Below, one piece after another: positions 38,572 to 52,517 of a stretch of DNA of 64,000 bases. This DNA comes from Octopus sinensis (taxonomy: Eukaryota), in NCBI RefSeq assembly GCF_006345805.1, contig NC_043007.1:68014001-68078000 (forward strand). Reading direction: 5' to 3'. The notes under the pieces are model-generated. The model searched no databases and was not told the origin of the DNA. It was given only the letters and a program-made list of their open reading frames with translations. How positions within the stretch are numbered: position 1 is the first letter of the stretch; the number at the start of each line of letters is the position of its first letter. The position numbers and the translations under genes are program-made.

Positions 38572-39086
38572 AGAATAGTAGACAGATAGATAGAATTAAT
38601 GGGAGGGGGAGAGGAGTAGAGAGTGACAGAGAAATAAGGCAACAGCGACGCGGAAGAGATCGCAGAAATTTGAAAAGCGTGTGACATATGTTTCGTCAGA
38701 ATTATAGTGAAAATTGGTGGCACTGTGTTTATTGATTGGAGACGAATAAAATATTCTTATTCGGTTTAGAAATGGATACAACGAGGATTTTCTATGCTCA
38801 TATCCATTATACATAAATTGATTTAGTCTTCTTTCTTTTATCTGGTAGCTTTTACTCTCTTGGGGCAATCTTGTTGTGCAGAGGTCTTGGCTAAAAGGTT
38901 TGTGTGGAGAAATAAAAGGTTATTATATTATGTCTCTTGTGATCTCTTCCCCTCCTTAAATTAGATTTCTTTTGATCTAATTCTTGTCTTGCTTGAATCT
39001 TTACAGGAGATAAGAGGCTGTATATCCATATCATATTTTAGTGTTCTGATATTTCAGGACAAATTATTTCTTACGATATTTTACAT

Positions 39087-40065
<979 letters not shown>

Positions 40066-40307
40066 GCTGTATGACCTGCCTGTGAATGCACATGGCTCAA
40101 TGGTTAGGGCATCGGTCTCACAATCATGATGTTGTGAATTCGATTGCCGGATCGGGCTTCATGTTGAGTGGAGAGTGGAGGCTAGTATGCATGGGTGACT
40201 CCTGGTCTTCCATAAACAACCTTCCTCGGATTTGTACCTCGGAGGGGAACTTACAAGGTCCAATCCCATGGTCATTCATGACGGAAGGGGTCTTTTTCCT
40301 TCTTGAC

Positions 40308-40717
40308 TTTACTCTTTTACTCTTCTACTTGTTTCAGTCATTTGACTGTGGCCATGCTGGAGCACCGCCTTTAGTCGAGCAAATCGACCCCATGACTTAC
40401 TCTTTGTAAGCATAGTACTTATTCTATCGGTCTTTTGCCGAACCGCTAAGTTACGGGGACGTAAACACACCAGCATCGGCTGTCAAGCGATGTTGGGGGG
40501 ACAAACACAGACACACAAACACATACACACACACACACATACAGATATATACATATATACGACGGGCTTCTTTCAGATTCCGTCTACCAAATCCACTCAC
40601 AAGGCTTTGGTCGGCCCGAGGCTATAGCAAAAAAAAACATTTGCCCAAGGTGCCACGCAGTGGGACTGAACACGGAACCATGTAGTTCATAATCAAGCTA
40701 CTTACCACACAGCCACT
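40308..40717 (-). mobile_element. SINE family A, full length
   Basis: Near-identical to 57125-57536 and 18855-19254. Confidence 0.9.
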
Positions 40718-41859
40718 AAAACATGACACAAAAGTTTGTTAAAAATACCTTACTGTCTTAACAAAAGATGGGATGGTTGTGTCTGGGATACTTTTGATCA
40801 TAAATCTGTACGGTCAGACTGACATAGGGTTAAACAAACAACAAACTGCTTGAGAGCTTAATCGGTAGAGTATAGGCTAAAATGACATAGGAGTATTTTG
40901 TCACGTCTCTTTACATACTGAATTCAAATTCCATTGAGATCGACATTATCTTTTATTATTCATAGTCGGTTGGTCGTCGAGCTAGCAGAATCGTTAGAAC
41001 GATGGACAAAATGCTGAGCAACATTTCTTCCAGACCTTCACCCTCTGAGTTCAAATTCTGCTGAGGTTGACTCTGGCTTTCATCCTTTCGGGATCGATAA
41101 AATAAGTGCCAGTTGAGCACTTTGGTTGATGTTATTAACTATGTCCTTCCCAAATATTGCTGGCCCTGTGTCAAAACTTGAAACCTGTATTCATGATCGA
41201 TTCAATCAATAAAAAAAACTGCAAAGTAAATCAACATTATTTTTGCAGCATATATTCGATTATATTAAATAATTTTGAGTACTTCATTTTGAATATATCT
41301 GGAATTCCCAATGAAACAAGGAAAGCTTCAGAGAGAGAGGGGGTGGAGCGAGAGAGAGATTTAGAGGAAAGCGTGTGGAGGAAAGAAGTGAGGGAGATAG
41401 GGGTGAGAGAGAAAGATGTGAGACGGGGAGAGACAATATACCAGTAATATCTTGCAGGGTAAAATGTCAATTACATTAGCTAAACATTCACTGTCAAATT
41501 AGTGAAATTCAGAGAAATATATTAAAAATTAATATATAATCTTCATTTGTATCTGCAATACGAAGTTTCAGATCTTGACTCTGTTTCTTCAAGTAGAAAA
41601 TATATGGCTTTTACATGTTTTTGACATCGTCTTTAAAATTAAAGCAAATTCCAGCAGCATGATGCCTCGTTAATCATTGCAACAGCACAGGACGTTAATT
41701 GAAATATAGTTTTGCTCAGTCTTAAAATCATTGTATCATGTTCTACAATGAATATATTTCACCTTCACACTAGCATGTCGTAAATCTAAATTAATAAATT
41801 TATTTTCTTCTATTGGCAAATAGACACATAGAAATGTTTATTGTTGGTTAAAAAATTCT

Positions 41860-41942
41860 ACAGGGAGTGGCTATGTGGTAAGTAGCTTGCTTACCAACCA
41901 CATCAGTGGGTTTGGTAGACGGAATCTGAAAAAAGCCCGTCG

Positions 41943-41976
<34 letters not shown>

Positions 41977-42142
41977 TATATGTTTGTGTGTCTGTGTTTG
42001 TCCCCCCCCCAACATCGCTTGACAACCGATGTTGGTGTGTTTACGTCCCCATAGAATAAGTACTAGGCTTACAAAGAATAAGTCCTGGGTCGATTTGCTC
42101 GACTAAAGGCAATAAGTTCGTCAAGTAAAAGAGTAAAAGAGA
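41860..42142 (+). mobile_element. SINE family A, internally deleted
   Basis: Head GGAGTGGCTATGTGGTAAGTAGCTTGC is joined directly to GTGGGTTTGGTAGACGG. Confidence 0.8.
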
Positions 42143-42501
42143 ATCACCAAAATATAAAAAAAAAGGTAAGATCAACTATCCTCCCCCCCCAGGGTAGGCG
42201 GTTACAGAAAATAAAATAAATTCTGCCTATATTAGAGTATAATATTTCTTTTTCTTTTATCTTTTACCCAAGTCAGTCATTGGACTGTGGCCATGCTGGG
42301 GCACCGCCTTGAAGAGCCTAGTCGATCAAATCGACCTCAGTAGTTATCTTTAAAAAGAAAATTTAGTACTTAGTCTTTCTCTCTCTTTGGCCGAACTTAG
42401 AAAGACATAAACAAACCGACACAGGTTGTCGATCGGTGTTGAGGAACAAACTCGTCACATAGATACACACGCACACGCACACACACGCGCGCACATGTAC
42501 G

Positions 42502-42533
<32 letters not shown>

Positions 42534-42575
42534 TATCCAATTTGAGGGAGTGGAGCAGGTCAAATTCAGGCCACA

Positions 42576-42995
42576 TACAAGGGGAAACCCAAAAGAAACT
42601 GGAATTTTGCAATATTATTTTATTCACTTAGTTTTACATGTTTACACTTTTATCGTCTTCAAAATATTCTTTATTTGAAGCAATGCATCGGACCAGATGT
42701 GTTTTCCACTGTTCTTCTTTTTTTTCTTCACCTCTTCAACATCTGCAAATGTCGTAGCACCATCTTTCGTTACCAGTGATAATCTTCGAAAAATGGTCCA
42801 GATCAATTTCCAACTGTTCTTTCATTTCACAACACGCTTTGATCTTCCGCGAGGAAGCAAGGCACAAATTTTACTGCAACACTTTTCATTCGCAATTCTT
42901 CGCTCAGAATTCGTTCGAGGAGCTCCAAGATACATCAGTCATATCAATAAGTTCGTCAATTGTTCAGTGATTGTTCCCCAAGATCCTTTTCTACT
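42576..42995 (-). mobile_element. Internally deleted mariner, same family as 141-1345
   Basis: Minus strand TIDELIDMTDVSWSS...FSKIITGNERWCY...VRCIASNKEYFEDDK; TIR TACAAGGGGAAACCCAAAAGAAACTGGAAT at 42576. Confidence 0.85.
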
Positions 42996-43394
42996 CTAGG
43001 CTCAAGGCTCGAAATTTTTAGGGAGGGAGCCAGTCGATTAGATCGACCCCAGTTTGCAAATGGTACTTAATTTATCGACCCCAAAATTTATGTTTCGCGT
43101 GTAAATTTTATCGGCGTACCTGCATGCCCCTTCATATATGCATACTTAGATACATACATACAATACACATATTTAGGGCTAATTATTTGATAATTGGCAT
43201 TTAGAGGTGAAAATATGGAATATCTTTCCAGGCATAAATTGCATTTCTTATCTCTGATTATGAAAGGATGTGTCCCTCCAATAATTACCTATTTTATATC
43301 AAAGTTAGTGTTTGTATCTTTTAGAGACTAAATAAATCCACTTACACGCACAGACACGCACACACACTTATGTACGTATGGATGTTTGTATATA

Positions 43395-43558
43395 TACGAC
43401 AGGCTTCTTTCAGTTTACGTCAACCAAATCCATTCACAAGGCTTTTGTCGGCCTGAGGCTGTAGTAGAGGACTTGTCCCTGGTGCCACGCAGTGGGACTG
43501 AACCTGGAACAATGTATTTGGGAAGCGAACTTCTTATCACACAGCCACCCCTGCGCCT
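43395..43558 (-). mobile_element. SINE family A, 5' half
   Basis: GTGCCACGCAGTGGGACTGAACC...CACACAGCCACCCCTGCGCCT. Confidence 0.8.
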
Positions 43559-43831
43559 TTAACATATAATATAAATATGTATAGTGCATAATACATTACT
43601 CGCAGTTCTTGCTACCTCTACTACCTTGTGGTTCTATCACTAAATAAAGTTGATTTTGTTTTCGTACCTAACATATACCCGAAGATAAGAATTGAATGTT
43701 AAAAATTCAATGAAAGTGACATCTGAGCTCAGAACATTTTGGAAACAATCGGAATATAAGTTTCTGATTTAGGTACAAACATGGTCAGCGATTTTGAGTG
43801 AAGGAGCTTGTCGATATCATAGAACCCAATA

Positions 43832-44088
43832 AAATAATAAATGCGCCCTTTTAAAGCCTAGCCAGGATTATGGGCCCGGTTTCCCGGTTTCTATGGTGTA
43901 TGTGTTCCCCAGCTGGACAGGACGCCAGTCCATCGCAGCGTTACTCATTTTTGCCAGCTGAGTGGACTGGAGCAACATGAAATGAATTGTTTTGCTGAAG
44001 AACACAACGCGTCGCACAGTCCAGGAATCGAAACCACAATCTTACGACCATGGTGCTGACACCCTAACCACTAAGCCACGCACCTCCA
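43832..44088 (-). mobile_element. SINE family C, full length
   Basis: Matches 31015-31260. Confidence 0.9.
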
Positions 44089-45102
44089 CATAGAACCCAA
44101 TACCTGACCAATAATTTATTTTATCGATCTTGAAAGAATGAAAGGTAAAGTTGATCTTGGTGGGATTTGAACTCATAACATAAAGAGTCAAACGTAATTC
44201 TGTGAAACATTTTAAAGACTCTTTAATGATTCTGCGAGTTCACCACCTTCAGTACACAGATACAGACACTGAGATTAAAGAAAATATTAAACACTTATAA
44301 TATGAAAATCAGTAACTCCAGTTCGTTGAAGTTACTTGATCTGCTATGTTTATTAATGTGTTGGCCAAGTGATGTAGACACCTCTTATAAGACTCTAATA
44401 AGGGTCGAAAATCGATTAAGGCTGTTTGCTTCAATCTATGGAGAAATAGGTACTTTTGACATGCTTCTGTGTCAAGTACTTAAGTTTACGAACATGCGTA
44501 CATATGTACACTCGTACTCATATACACATAAAAAGTACAAATACATTCATGTGTGCAGTGGAAAAAAATGCTCTCAGTCGTGTATAGAATTGATAAAAGA
44601 GTAGTAAGAAAGGAAAAGGAGCCATTCTATCCAAATCTGTAACGATTCTGCAAATTGACCATCTTATTGTGCTTCGGTCGTGATATAAAATAAGCTAAGT
44701 GTTCCAGCAAAGTTAACGTCGGTGGGATTTTAACTCACAGTGCAGAGAGCCGCGACAGTTACTGCTGGGAATCAACCCAACTCTCTCCGCCAATTCATCG
44801 CCTTAATATAGAATAAATTAAAAATACAAGGAAATTTACATCGGTGGAATTTGAACACAGTGCGCGGGGAATTGAAACATTTATTGCGAGCTATTGCATC
44901 TAACTCTTTAAAGACTTCCCTAATACACCACCATATTGGCTCCTTTGTTGCAAGAAAAGTAAGTCAAGAACTGCGAGTAATGTTAGTACCAGCGGGATTT
45001 GAACTCAGAGTTCAAAATGTCGAAACGATTACTGTCAGTTATACCAACCAACTCGTTAACGTCTCCGTTATTTCGTCGCGCAGTTGAGCGCCAGCTGTGT
45101 AA

Positions 45103-45483
45103 TCTCTCTATATATAAACGGCAGTTGTCTGTCTGTGTGTCTGTGTGTCTGTCAGGTTGTACCCTCACCCTGACCATGGCTTTCAACCGATTCTGATGAA
45201 ACTTGACACACACATAGCCCAATGTCATAATTCAAAACTAACGCAGCGAAAATTTTGAAAAGTTCCCCCAGTTCTGAAAAAAATCGATAAATTCGACATG
45301 GGGTCGAGAATCAGAAACACAAACCACAGACTGTCTAGGGGACGCAACTCGACCTTTTTAACTCTCAAAAAAAATTACCATAATTTTTTTTCCATTTTTT
45401 TCTATTTTTTGGCTATAACTCTCTAAAAATGCTTTATAGTTATTTCCCTTACAAACCCGAGCAACGCCGGGCGATACTGCTAG
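45103..45483 (+). mobile_element. Non-autonomous Helitron
   Basis: 5' TC after A, subterminal hairpin CCCGAGCAACGCCGGG (45456-71), 3' CTAG before T; no TSD. Confidence 0.85.
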
Positions 45484-46269
45484 TACAAAATAAGTTGAGA
45501 CAGCCACCAAGTTTAATTACCGTTTGAAACCATTTCAGTTCACCTACGTCACTAACGTTAATAAGGCAGGCACAAAATTCCTGTTCTACCTTAAACTGTC
45601 AAACGCTTCTTCCGAAACAAGGAAACCAATATTTATTTTACCAATTAGAGTAGAATAAATGGCAAGATTGGATCTCGGATACTCCATATAATTTTCATCA
45701 GGAAAATTTCCTACCATCTTTATCTGAAATTACTATCATTGGAAAAAACTGTCTTCTGATACTTCATGTAATATTCAACTCGTAGCATTCTTATGATATC
45801 TCATTAAAGAAAAGAAAAAAACATTGATATTGATATTCCTTGCTGATGTTAACAATTGGCTTTTGGTTAAAAAATATTTTTGTGTTATAATTTTTTCATT
45901 GTCTTGATTATTCTAGAAATTTGTCTCGTTGATGTTACAACAATTGTCAGTTGTAAGGTGTCTGACATATTTAATTAATCTCACTTAAAGAATAAACAAC
46001 ACGGTGCTATGTTATTTGTACGATGTGGAGAATATTCTATCAACACTGTCCAAACGATGTTGGTATCAAGTTCACAAGTCACCCAGGCTTAGGCCCTGCA
46101 ATTTAATTTTTATCAAATTTCTCTCAAATTACTTGTCTGATGAAATGATTGCTAAATTTCAAAGGAAAATATTTATTACCTTAAAATAAAATTAACAAAA
46201 TAAAATTTCTCTTTTATATATTTGCAATAAATATGTTATTACTTTTTAAAATTTTATCAACATAATCGC

Positions 46270-46450
46270 AGCGCACTCCATCGGAAAACTATCTCTGTAA
46301 AATTTCATTGGAATAAGTGAATTTTCAGGAAGTTATCATTGACTGCAACTAAGCCTCGAATGTCCACTTATCTTACACATCTTACACTCTGTTTTACTAT
46401 CTCTTTCCTTTCGCCAAATTACGAGTGACTGGAAAATCAACCAGAAAAGC
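46270..46450 (-). pseudogene. Decayed LINE ORF1 zinc knuckle and possible ORF2 start
   Basis: CKMCKISGHSRLSC (CX2CX4HX4C) at 46345-46386, followed by a possible QWN-like endonuclease start. Confidence 0.4.
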
Positions 46451-46526
46451 AACCGGCATTTACATCGGCTATTATTAAATAGATATACATAAACACACAC
46501 ACACACACACATACACACGTGTCTGT

Positions 46527-46569
<43 letters not shown>

Positions 46570-46593
46570 GTATGTGTATACACACATACGTAC

Positions 46594-46625
<32 letters not shown>

Positions 46626-46649
46626 TATTGTATGTGTATACACACATAC

Positions 46650-46689
<40 letters not shown>

Positions 46690-47063
46690 ATACACACATA
46701 CGTACATAGTTATGATTATGTAAACCTGCCGCTTCTTTGCCACCTGCCAACTACGTGATAAGGTTTTTCATTTATTTAAACAGTGGCTATGTGTCTTTAT
46801 GTGTGTATGTGAACATGTGTGTGTGTGTGATGGACAGAAGATTGCTCCAATGTGAAAGTGTGTATATGTAAGCGTGTGGTATCAGTTGTCAACGTAATTT
46901 TCTTTAGCATTTTTACTATTCAATCGACAATGTAACTTTTATCATCTTTACCTTTCCCCTATCACTGCTTGTCAATTTCAACGTTCCTCCACCGACTTTA
47001 ACTTATAAATTAACTCTCTCTGTATTTCTCTTTTACTCTCACTCTATATATACGATGTAAAGT

Positions 47064-47330
47064 GTGATTGGAGAATCAACCAACCAACATTTACATCGTC
47101 TATTATTATACAAGGAAGAAAAATATCCCATAACATTCAAACGGTACCGCGACAAATTCCTGCAAGAAATACCAGACAAGCCACCGACACCTGAATACAT
47201 CTCGGCAAAGAAGATCCTCTTAATCGAGCGGGTTACGATGTCTTAAAAAGTGACTTAAAAGACCATTATAATTAGTGCAATAAAGTCAGAGATAGCCTGA
47301 ACCAATAATGACCGAAACCTAGACCATCTT
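47064..47330 (+). mobile_element. CR1/L2-like LINE 3' fragment
   Basis: TFKRYRDKFLQEIPDKPPTPEY resembles the FK..LDKFL..IPD.P C-terminal motif. Confidence 0.6.
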
Positions 47331-47340
47331 TTGTTGTTCT

Positions 47341-47825
47341 AGAAATTTCGGATCTTTTCGGTTTGAACGGCAGTTTTTAACATAATTTCTAGGTAACTAA
47401 AAATTTTAAACTTCGTATACTGGTAGAATGTGTTTATAAAACATCTTTTTCTTTTGGATTTATTGAGAAAATTCTATAGTTTGTAAGATATTTGTTGGTT
47501 TTTTCTTCAATTTCTGCAATTTCAACCGATCACTGACGTCTATTGAGGTAAAAATCATTCTGTGCCGTATGAATATGTCCCTCGTTTAAGAAACAGATTG
47601 GGTTTATTTACATTTGTGAAGAAAAAAAGATACCCTTCCCCCCACCCCTAACCCTAACCCTAACTCTAAATAACCCTAACTAACCCTAACTAACCCTAAC
47701 TAACCCTAACCCTAAAACAGATTGAAATGCAATAGATCGATACTAAGGTCATAATTATGGGTGACAATTTCGCATGACACGGCTAGAAAAAACTGCCGTT
47801 CAAGCCGAAAAGATTCGAAATTTCT
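47341..47825. mobile_element. MITE with about 38-bp TIRs and an internal telomere-like (CCCTAA)n tract
   Basis: AGAAATTTCGGATCTTTTCGGTTTGAACGGCAGTTTTT / AAAAACTGCCGTTCAAGCCGAAAAGATTCGAAATTTCT (2 mismatches). CCCTAA and TAACCCTAAC repeats at about 47646-47714. Confidence 0.85.
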
Positions 47826-48183
47826 CTCATCAGTTGTAAAAGTTGCCTGATGTATCTAATTATTCACAGCAATCTGGGTCAATGATGGAAGTGATAATTT
47901 TCTTTTAGGATTAAAGGGCCAAAGACATAAACCACAGCCGTAATTCAGTAATATGTCACTGACAAAGACCGTATCACATATAAATTCCACCAAGATGGAA
48001 TATAGTTCTGGAACCTATTAGTCAGTACCTCTAGTCTGCGATTGTATTAAGAGAAAAAAATATTGTTGTATTTAGGAATGGTCATGTTGCCAGTTTAGCC
48101 AATAAAAACACACGCACTATATATTTGGTGTTAATTTGCTACAGTTTTATTTATTTTTTTCATTAATCTTAATCTTATTTCGG

Positions 48184-48226
48184 ACAGTGTTCTTTCGTCA
48201 CACTTCTGTGACCTCATCAGTGGTCC
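48184..48226 (-). ncRNA. Degenerate hammerhead-like motif
   Basis: Minus strand GGACCA-CTGATGA-G-GTCAC-AGAAGT-GTGAC-GAAA-GAACACTGTCC. Core and stem II are good; stems I and III are imperfect. Confidence 0.35.
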
Positions 48227-48585
48227 TTTGTTTTCCTCTTTCTTATTTGTGTGTCTCTCCTTACTAACGATCAGCCATTTTGTATTATGTTTCAACACAC
48301 GATTTCACATCAAGAATCTTGCAAAACAAATATATAAACGTAGAAAAAAAAATCTAATCCTTAAATGAATTTAATGGTAAGCGTTTTTCTTTTGTTTCAT
48401 AGCATTAACTCTAACTGTGAAGATAAACTTTATGGTTATCTCAGTAATGATACTAAAATCAATAAAAAAAAATAAATTAGAATTGATAATTTCTGAAAAT
48501 CACTGGGGGCGGGAATGGTCTTAATAATCCTGACATATCTCAACAGAAAATAGTTTCAAACATGACATTCCTCATTTAAAAATAG

Positions 48586-48742
48586 ATTGGCAGTGAAAAT
48601 GCGAGCCGCAGTTAGGTTAAAGAAATTTAGAGAGAATGTAACTGCTTTCCGCAGCAAAAAGGTTAAGAAACAGAAATCCGCTAGATTGGACTCAGATAAT
48701 ATTCGCAAGTATGATTTCCATGATGCCTCGATATCTGTATGA
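48586..48742 (+). CDS. Candidate terminal coding exon of an unidentified host gene
   Basis: AG at 48584-85, then an open frame LAVKMRAAVRLKKFRENVTAFRSKKVKKQKSARLDSDNIRKYDFHDASISV* in non-repetitive DNA, with in-frame stops just upstream. No homologue recognised. Confidence 0.3.
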
Positions 48743-48949
48743 ATGGAAGAAACAGAATAAACCTTACTGCCCATAAAAAAAAATGTGACGCAGGGACACG
48801 GAGCCTATCACCACCAGCTCAAATGATGAGTTCAGACGATACCGCGGCCAAATTGTTCTTTCATTCCTCTCAGGTAGAGAAAACACCAAGTAAAATGTCA
48901 GTCTAGCCCTGGGACGCCATAATAGGTTATTCCCTTCCCAGAGATTCTT

Positions 48950-49233
<284 letters not shown>

Positions 49234-49259
49234 TACACACACACATATATATATATATA

Positions 49260-49298
<39 letters not shown>

Positions 49299-49301
<3 letters not shown>

Positions 49302-49537
49302 GGCGCGTTGCTTAGTGGTTAGGGTGTCAGCATCATGATCGTAAGGTTGTAGTTTCGATTCCTGGACCGAGCGACGCGTTGTGTTCTTGAGCAAAAAACT
49401 TCATTTCACCTTGCTCCAGTCCACTCAGCTGGAAAAATGAGTAACGCTGCGATGGACTAGCGTCCCGTCCAGCTGGGGAGACGTACGCCATAGAAACCGG
49501 GCCCATGTGACTGGCTAGGCTTTAAAAGTGCGTATAT

Positions 49538-49538
<1 letters not shown>
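49299..49538 (+). mobile_element. SINE family C, full length
   Basis: GAGGCGCGTTGCTTAGTGGTTAGGG...GTTTCGATTCC tRNA-like head. Confidence 0.9.
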
Positions 49539-49621
<83 letters not shown>

Positions 49622-49875
49622 GTCTAATAAATAACGGAACAAGAACAGAAAATGACATTTTGCAGAAGACAAATAGAAATGGTAAAATATAAACGTTTCT
49701 AAAATAGCCAAAGGTTAGAGGGAGGGAACAATCTACGATATCGACTTCGGTAGTTGGTTAGTACTTTATTTTTCCAGCTCCAGAGAAGTGAAAATGAAAG
49801 ACTTTCTTTTCAGCGGATTTGAACTCACAACATAGATTACCACAACTAAAATACTGACGCTCTAACAATTATATA

Positions 49876-50050
49876 TTTCTTTATTGCCCACAAGGGGCTA
49901 AACATAGAGGGACAAACAAAGGCAGACAAAGGGATTAAGTCGATTACATCGACCCCAGTGCGTAACTGGTACTTATTTAATCGACCCCGAAAGGATGAAA
50001 GGCAAAGTCGACCTCGGCGGAATTTGAACTCATAACGGAGAACGCTCTAA
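49876..50050 (+). mobile_element. RTE-tail repeat (family D)
   Basis: TTATTGCCCACAAGGGGCTAAAC...GTCGATTACATCGACCCCAG...AAAGTCGACCTCGGCGGAATTTGAACTC. Confidence 0.8.
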
Positions 50051-50657
50051 CAATTATACCAGTCCGACCCTCCGACCAATGGTAACTTGTAATTATTACT
50101 ACTATAAACTCAACACATGAACTTTGGTGTGTGGTGGGGAGGGCAAAGAAGCCAGTACCTTACATCAGACTCAGGATATAACATAGTACTTATTTCATTG
50201 ACTTCAGAAGCGTGATAGCCAAAGTTGATCTCGATGGGAAATTAAACTCAGTACATAAAATACCTATAGAAAAATAAAAATACCTAAAAATAAAAATAAT
50301 GCACAGCACTTTGACGTTCTAACGATTATGTCAAAGAAAGTAAATGCTGAAATATACTTGTGAGAAAATAAGAGTCCAATGAAGTATTAGTTTTATAACT
50401 AATATATGAATTGTTATTTAAAAACTATATATGTTTACTTCGTTTTACAGGTAATTTCCTGTCCATAACTAGCTATTATCTGTCTATCCATTTGTTCTCT
50501 ATCTGCATATCTGTCCTTATGTTTATATATGTATGTTCCCATTAACAAGTTTGTAGCGACATAGCCAGCCAATCTGTCTCTCCATTTATTTAACTGAAAG
50601 ATGGAGTCACATCTAATGATAGTCATTTGGTGTGAATGGTTATGTATAGCTGGAAAC

Positions 50658-50705
<48 letters not shown>

Positions 50706-51051
50706 AGCGTGTGTGTTGTGTGTGTGTGTGAACTATGTCTGCTTCCACACGCACACATATATCTATTTATATATATATATTACTGGCGAATATATATATA
50801 TATTACGTGTGTATGTATGTATGTGTGTATGTAATATATATATTACGTGTGTATGTATGTATGTGTGTATATATTACGTGTGTATGTATGTATGTATGTG
50901 TGTGTGTGTGGTGTGTGTGAGCGTGTCCTTGTGTTTTTGTTTTTACCCTACCGCCGCTTGACAACCAGTGTTGGTTTGTATTTGTTCGACTACGCCCTAC
51001 AAAGCAGTGCCCTAGAATGGGCGTAGTCCAAACAATCAACTAAACAAGTAA

Positions 51052-51093
<42 letters not shown>

Positions 51094-51131
51094 TAATAAT
51101 AATGATAATGATGATGATGATGATGATGATG

Positions 51132-51173
<42 letters not shown>

Positions 51174-51914
51174 TACCAGGCTAACGTTCTCCGAAACGGT
51201 ACTGACCCTAAATGCAGATTCTGCGACACATTTGACGAAACGATAGACCATCTCGTTTCGGGATGTCCTGTGCTGACACCAAACGAATACAAAAATCACC
51301 ACGATAGGGTAGGACAGTATATACATTGGAAGATATGTAAATACTACAAATTCGACACTCCTGCTAACTGGTATGAACACCATCCTCAGTCAGTTGTTGA
51401 AGGTAAGGATGTCACCATCCTCTGGGATTTTCCAGTCAACACTGACAGAACGATCAAGGCTAATCGACCAGACATAATTGTTAAAGACAGGGAAGAAAAT
51501 ACCTGCAGACTAATAGAGGTAAGCGTCCCCACTGATAAAAATGTATCTGTAAAGGAATTTGACAAACTTAGTAAATATAAGGACCTGGAAATCGAAATAC
51601 AAAAGATGTGGAATCTTAAAACAAAAACTGTTCCTGTTATTGTAGGTGCCCTAGGTATGATAAAAAAGGGATGTCAGAAACACCTAGACAATATCCCTGG
51701 AGAACCATGTCTCAAGGAAATCCAAAAGATTGTGCTAACAAGTACTGCCCACATCCTTAGAAAAACCCTATCAATGTAAATGTTTGTGTTTGTATTACAT
51801 GGAGATATATCTCTACTTCCCCTCCCCAACAACTCTTAACCTTCACCTGCCCTAGGGCGCTGGGTGTGCCCCGGCAGGTGATTGCATCAAACATGCAGAT
51901 TAAAAGTAAATGAC
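51174..51914 (+). mobile_element. Young 5'-truncated R4/Dong-like LINE inserted in (AAT)n
   Basis: Uninterrupted ORF to 51779: CRFCDTFDETIDHLVSGC (CCHC), RPDIIV..LIEVSVP..KLSKY (PD-(D/E)xK REL endonuclease), LTSTAHILRKTL. Structured 3' UTR; (AAT)n on both sides. Confidence 0.92.
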
Positions 51915-51960
51915 AATAATAATAATAATAATAAAATAATAATAATAATAATAATAATAA

Positions 51961-52517
51961 AATGCCCTGATGCAGTACCAGACAGTGGCTCTCATGGCTT
52001 CTGATCTTAACTGATTGGAAGTGTTATCATGTACATTGTTTTGACTTGGTATAAAAGAAGGCCTACAGCAAATATTCTGCTCAATACCATAGATTTGCAT
52101 GTCAGTTGTTTGACCACAACAAGTTGAGCATGTCAGTTAGTGGCTGACGATATGTGCATCTCTGATCACGAGCAGAAGTAGTGGGGGAGCATCATAGCCG
52201 TGTGTTGAGAGGGATTCTTTGGGGTTTGAATAATTCACCTTTGGAAACATGGGTGGTTCTTTCAACATCCTTAAACAACCCTTATTCAAGGACCTTTTGA
52301 GCGGGATGGGTTACTCGACCAGAAGAAAATTCTAACTGGTCCCCACGTGCAAGGTCATGTGCTGTTTATCTTGATGTGAGATCACCATGTCGCGCACATA
52401 TGGTTGTGATGCATGTGCCTGGTGTACCCTTATCAGACGGGTAGTCATGATGGGTATACTGGGCTTCGTTTATTTTACCCCAGTGTCACTCTGATGGCAT
52501 GCACTACTCTCTCACTC
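51961..52517 (+). mobile_element. 557-bp non-coding retroelement (or long LINE 3' UTR) flanked by (AAT)n
   Basis: Shorter copies sharing the same 3' end (CTCTCTCACTC|AAT) lie at 62910-63250 and 22473-22543. Confidence 0.8.

Noticed and set aside
47646-47714. Telomeric repeats as evidence of a chromosome end
   Set aside because: A short tract internal to a TIR-bounded element with ordinary DNA on both sides.
51985-52030. Superficial snRNA-like or HDV-ribozyme-like start of the 557-bp element
   Set aside because: It does not match U2, and I could not build the P1-P4 nested pseudoknot by eye.
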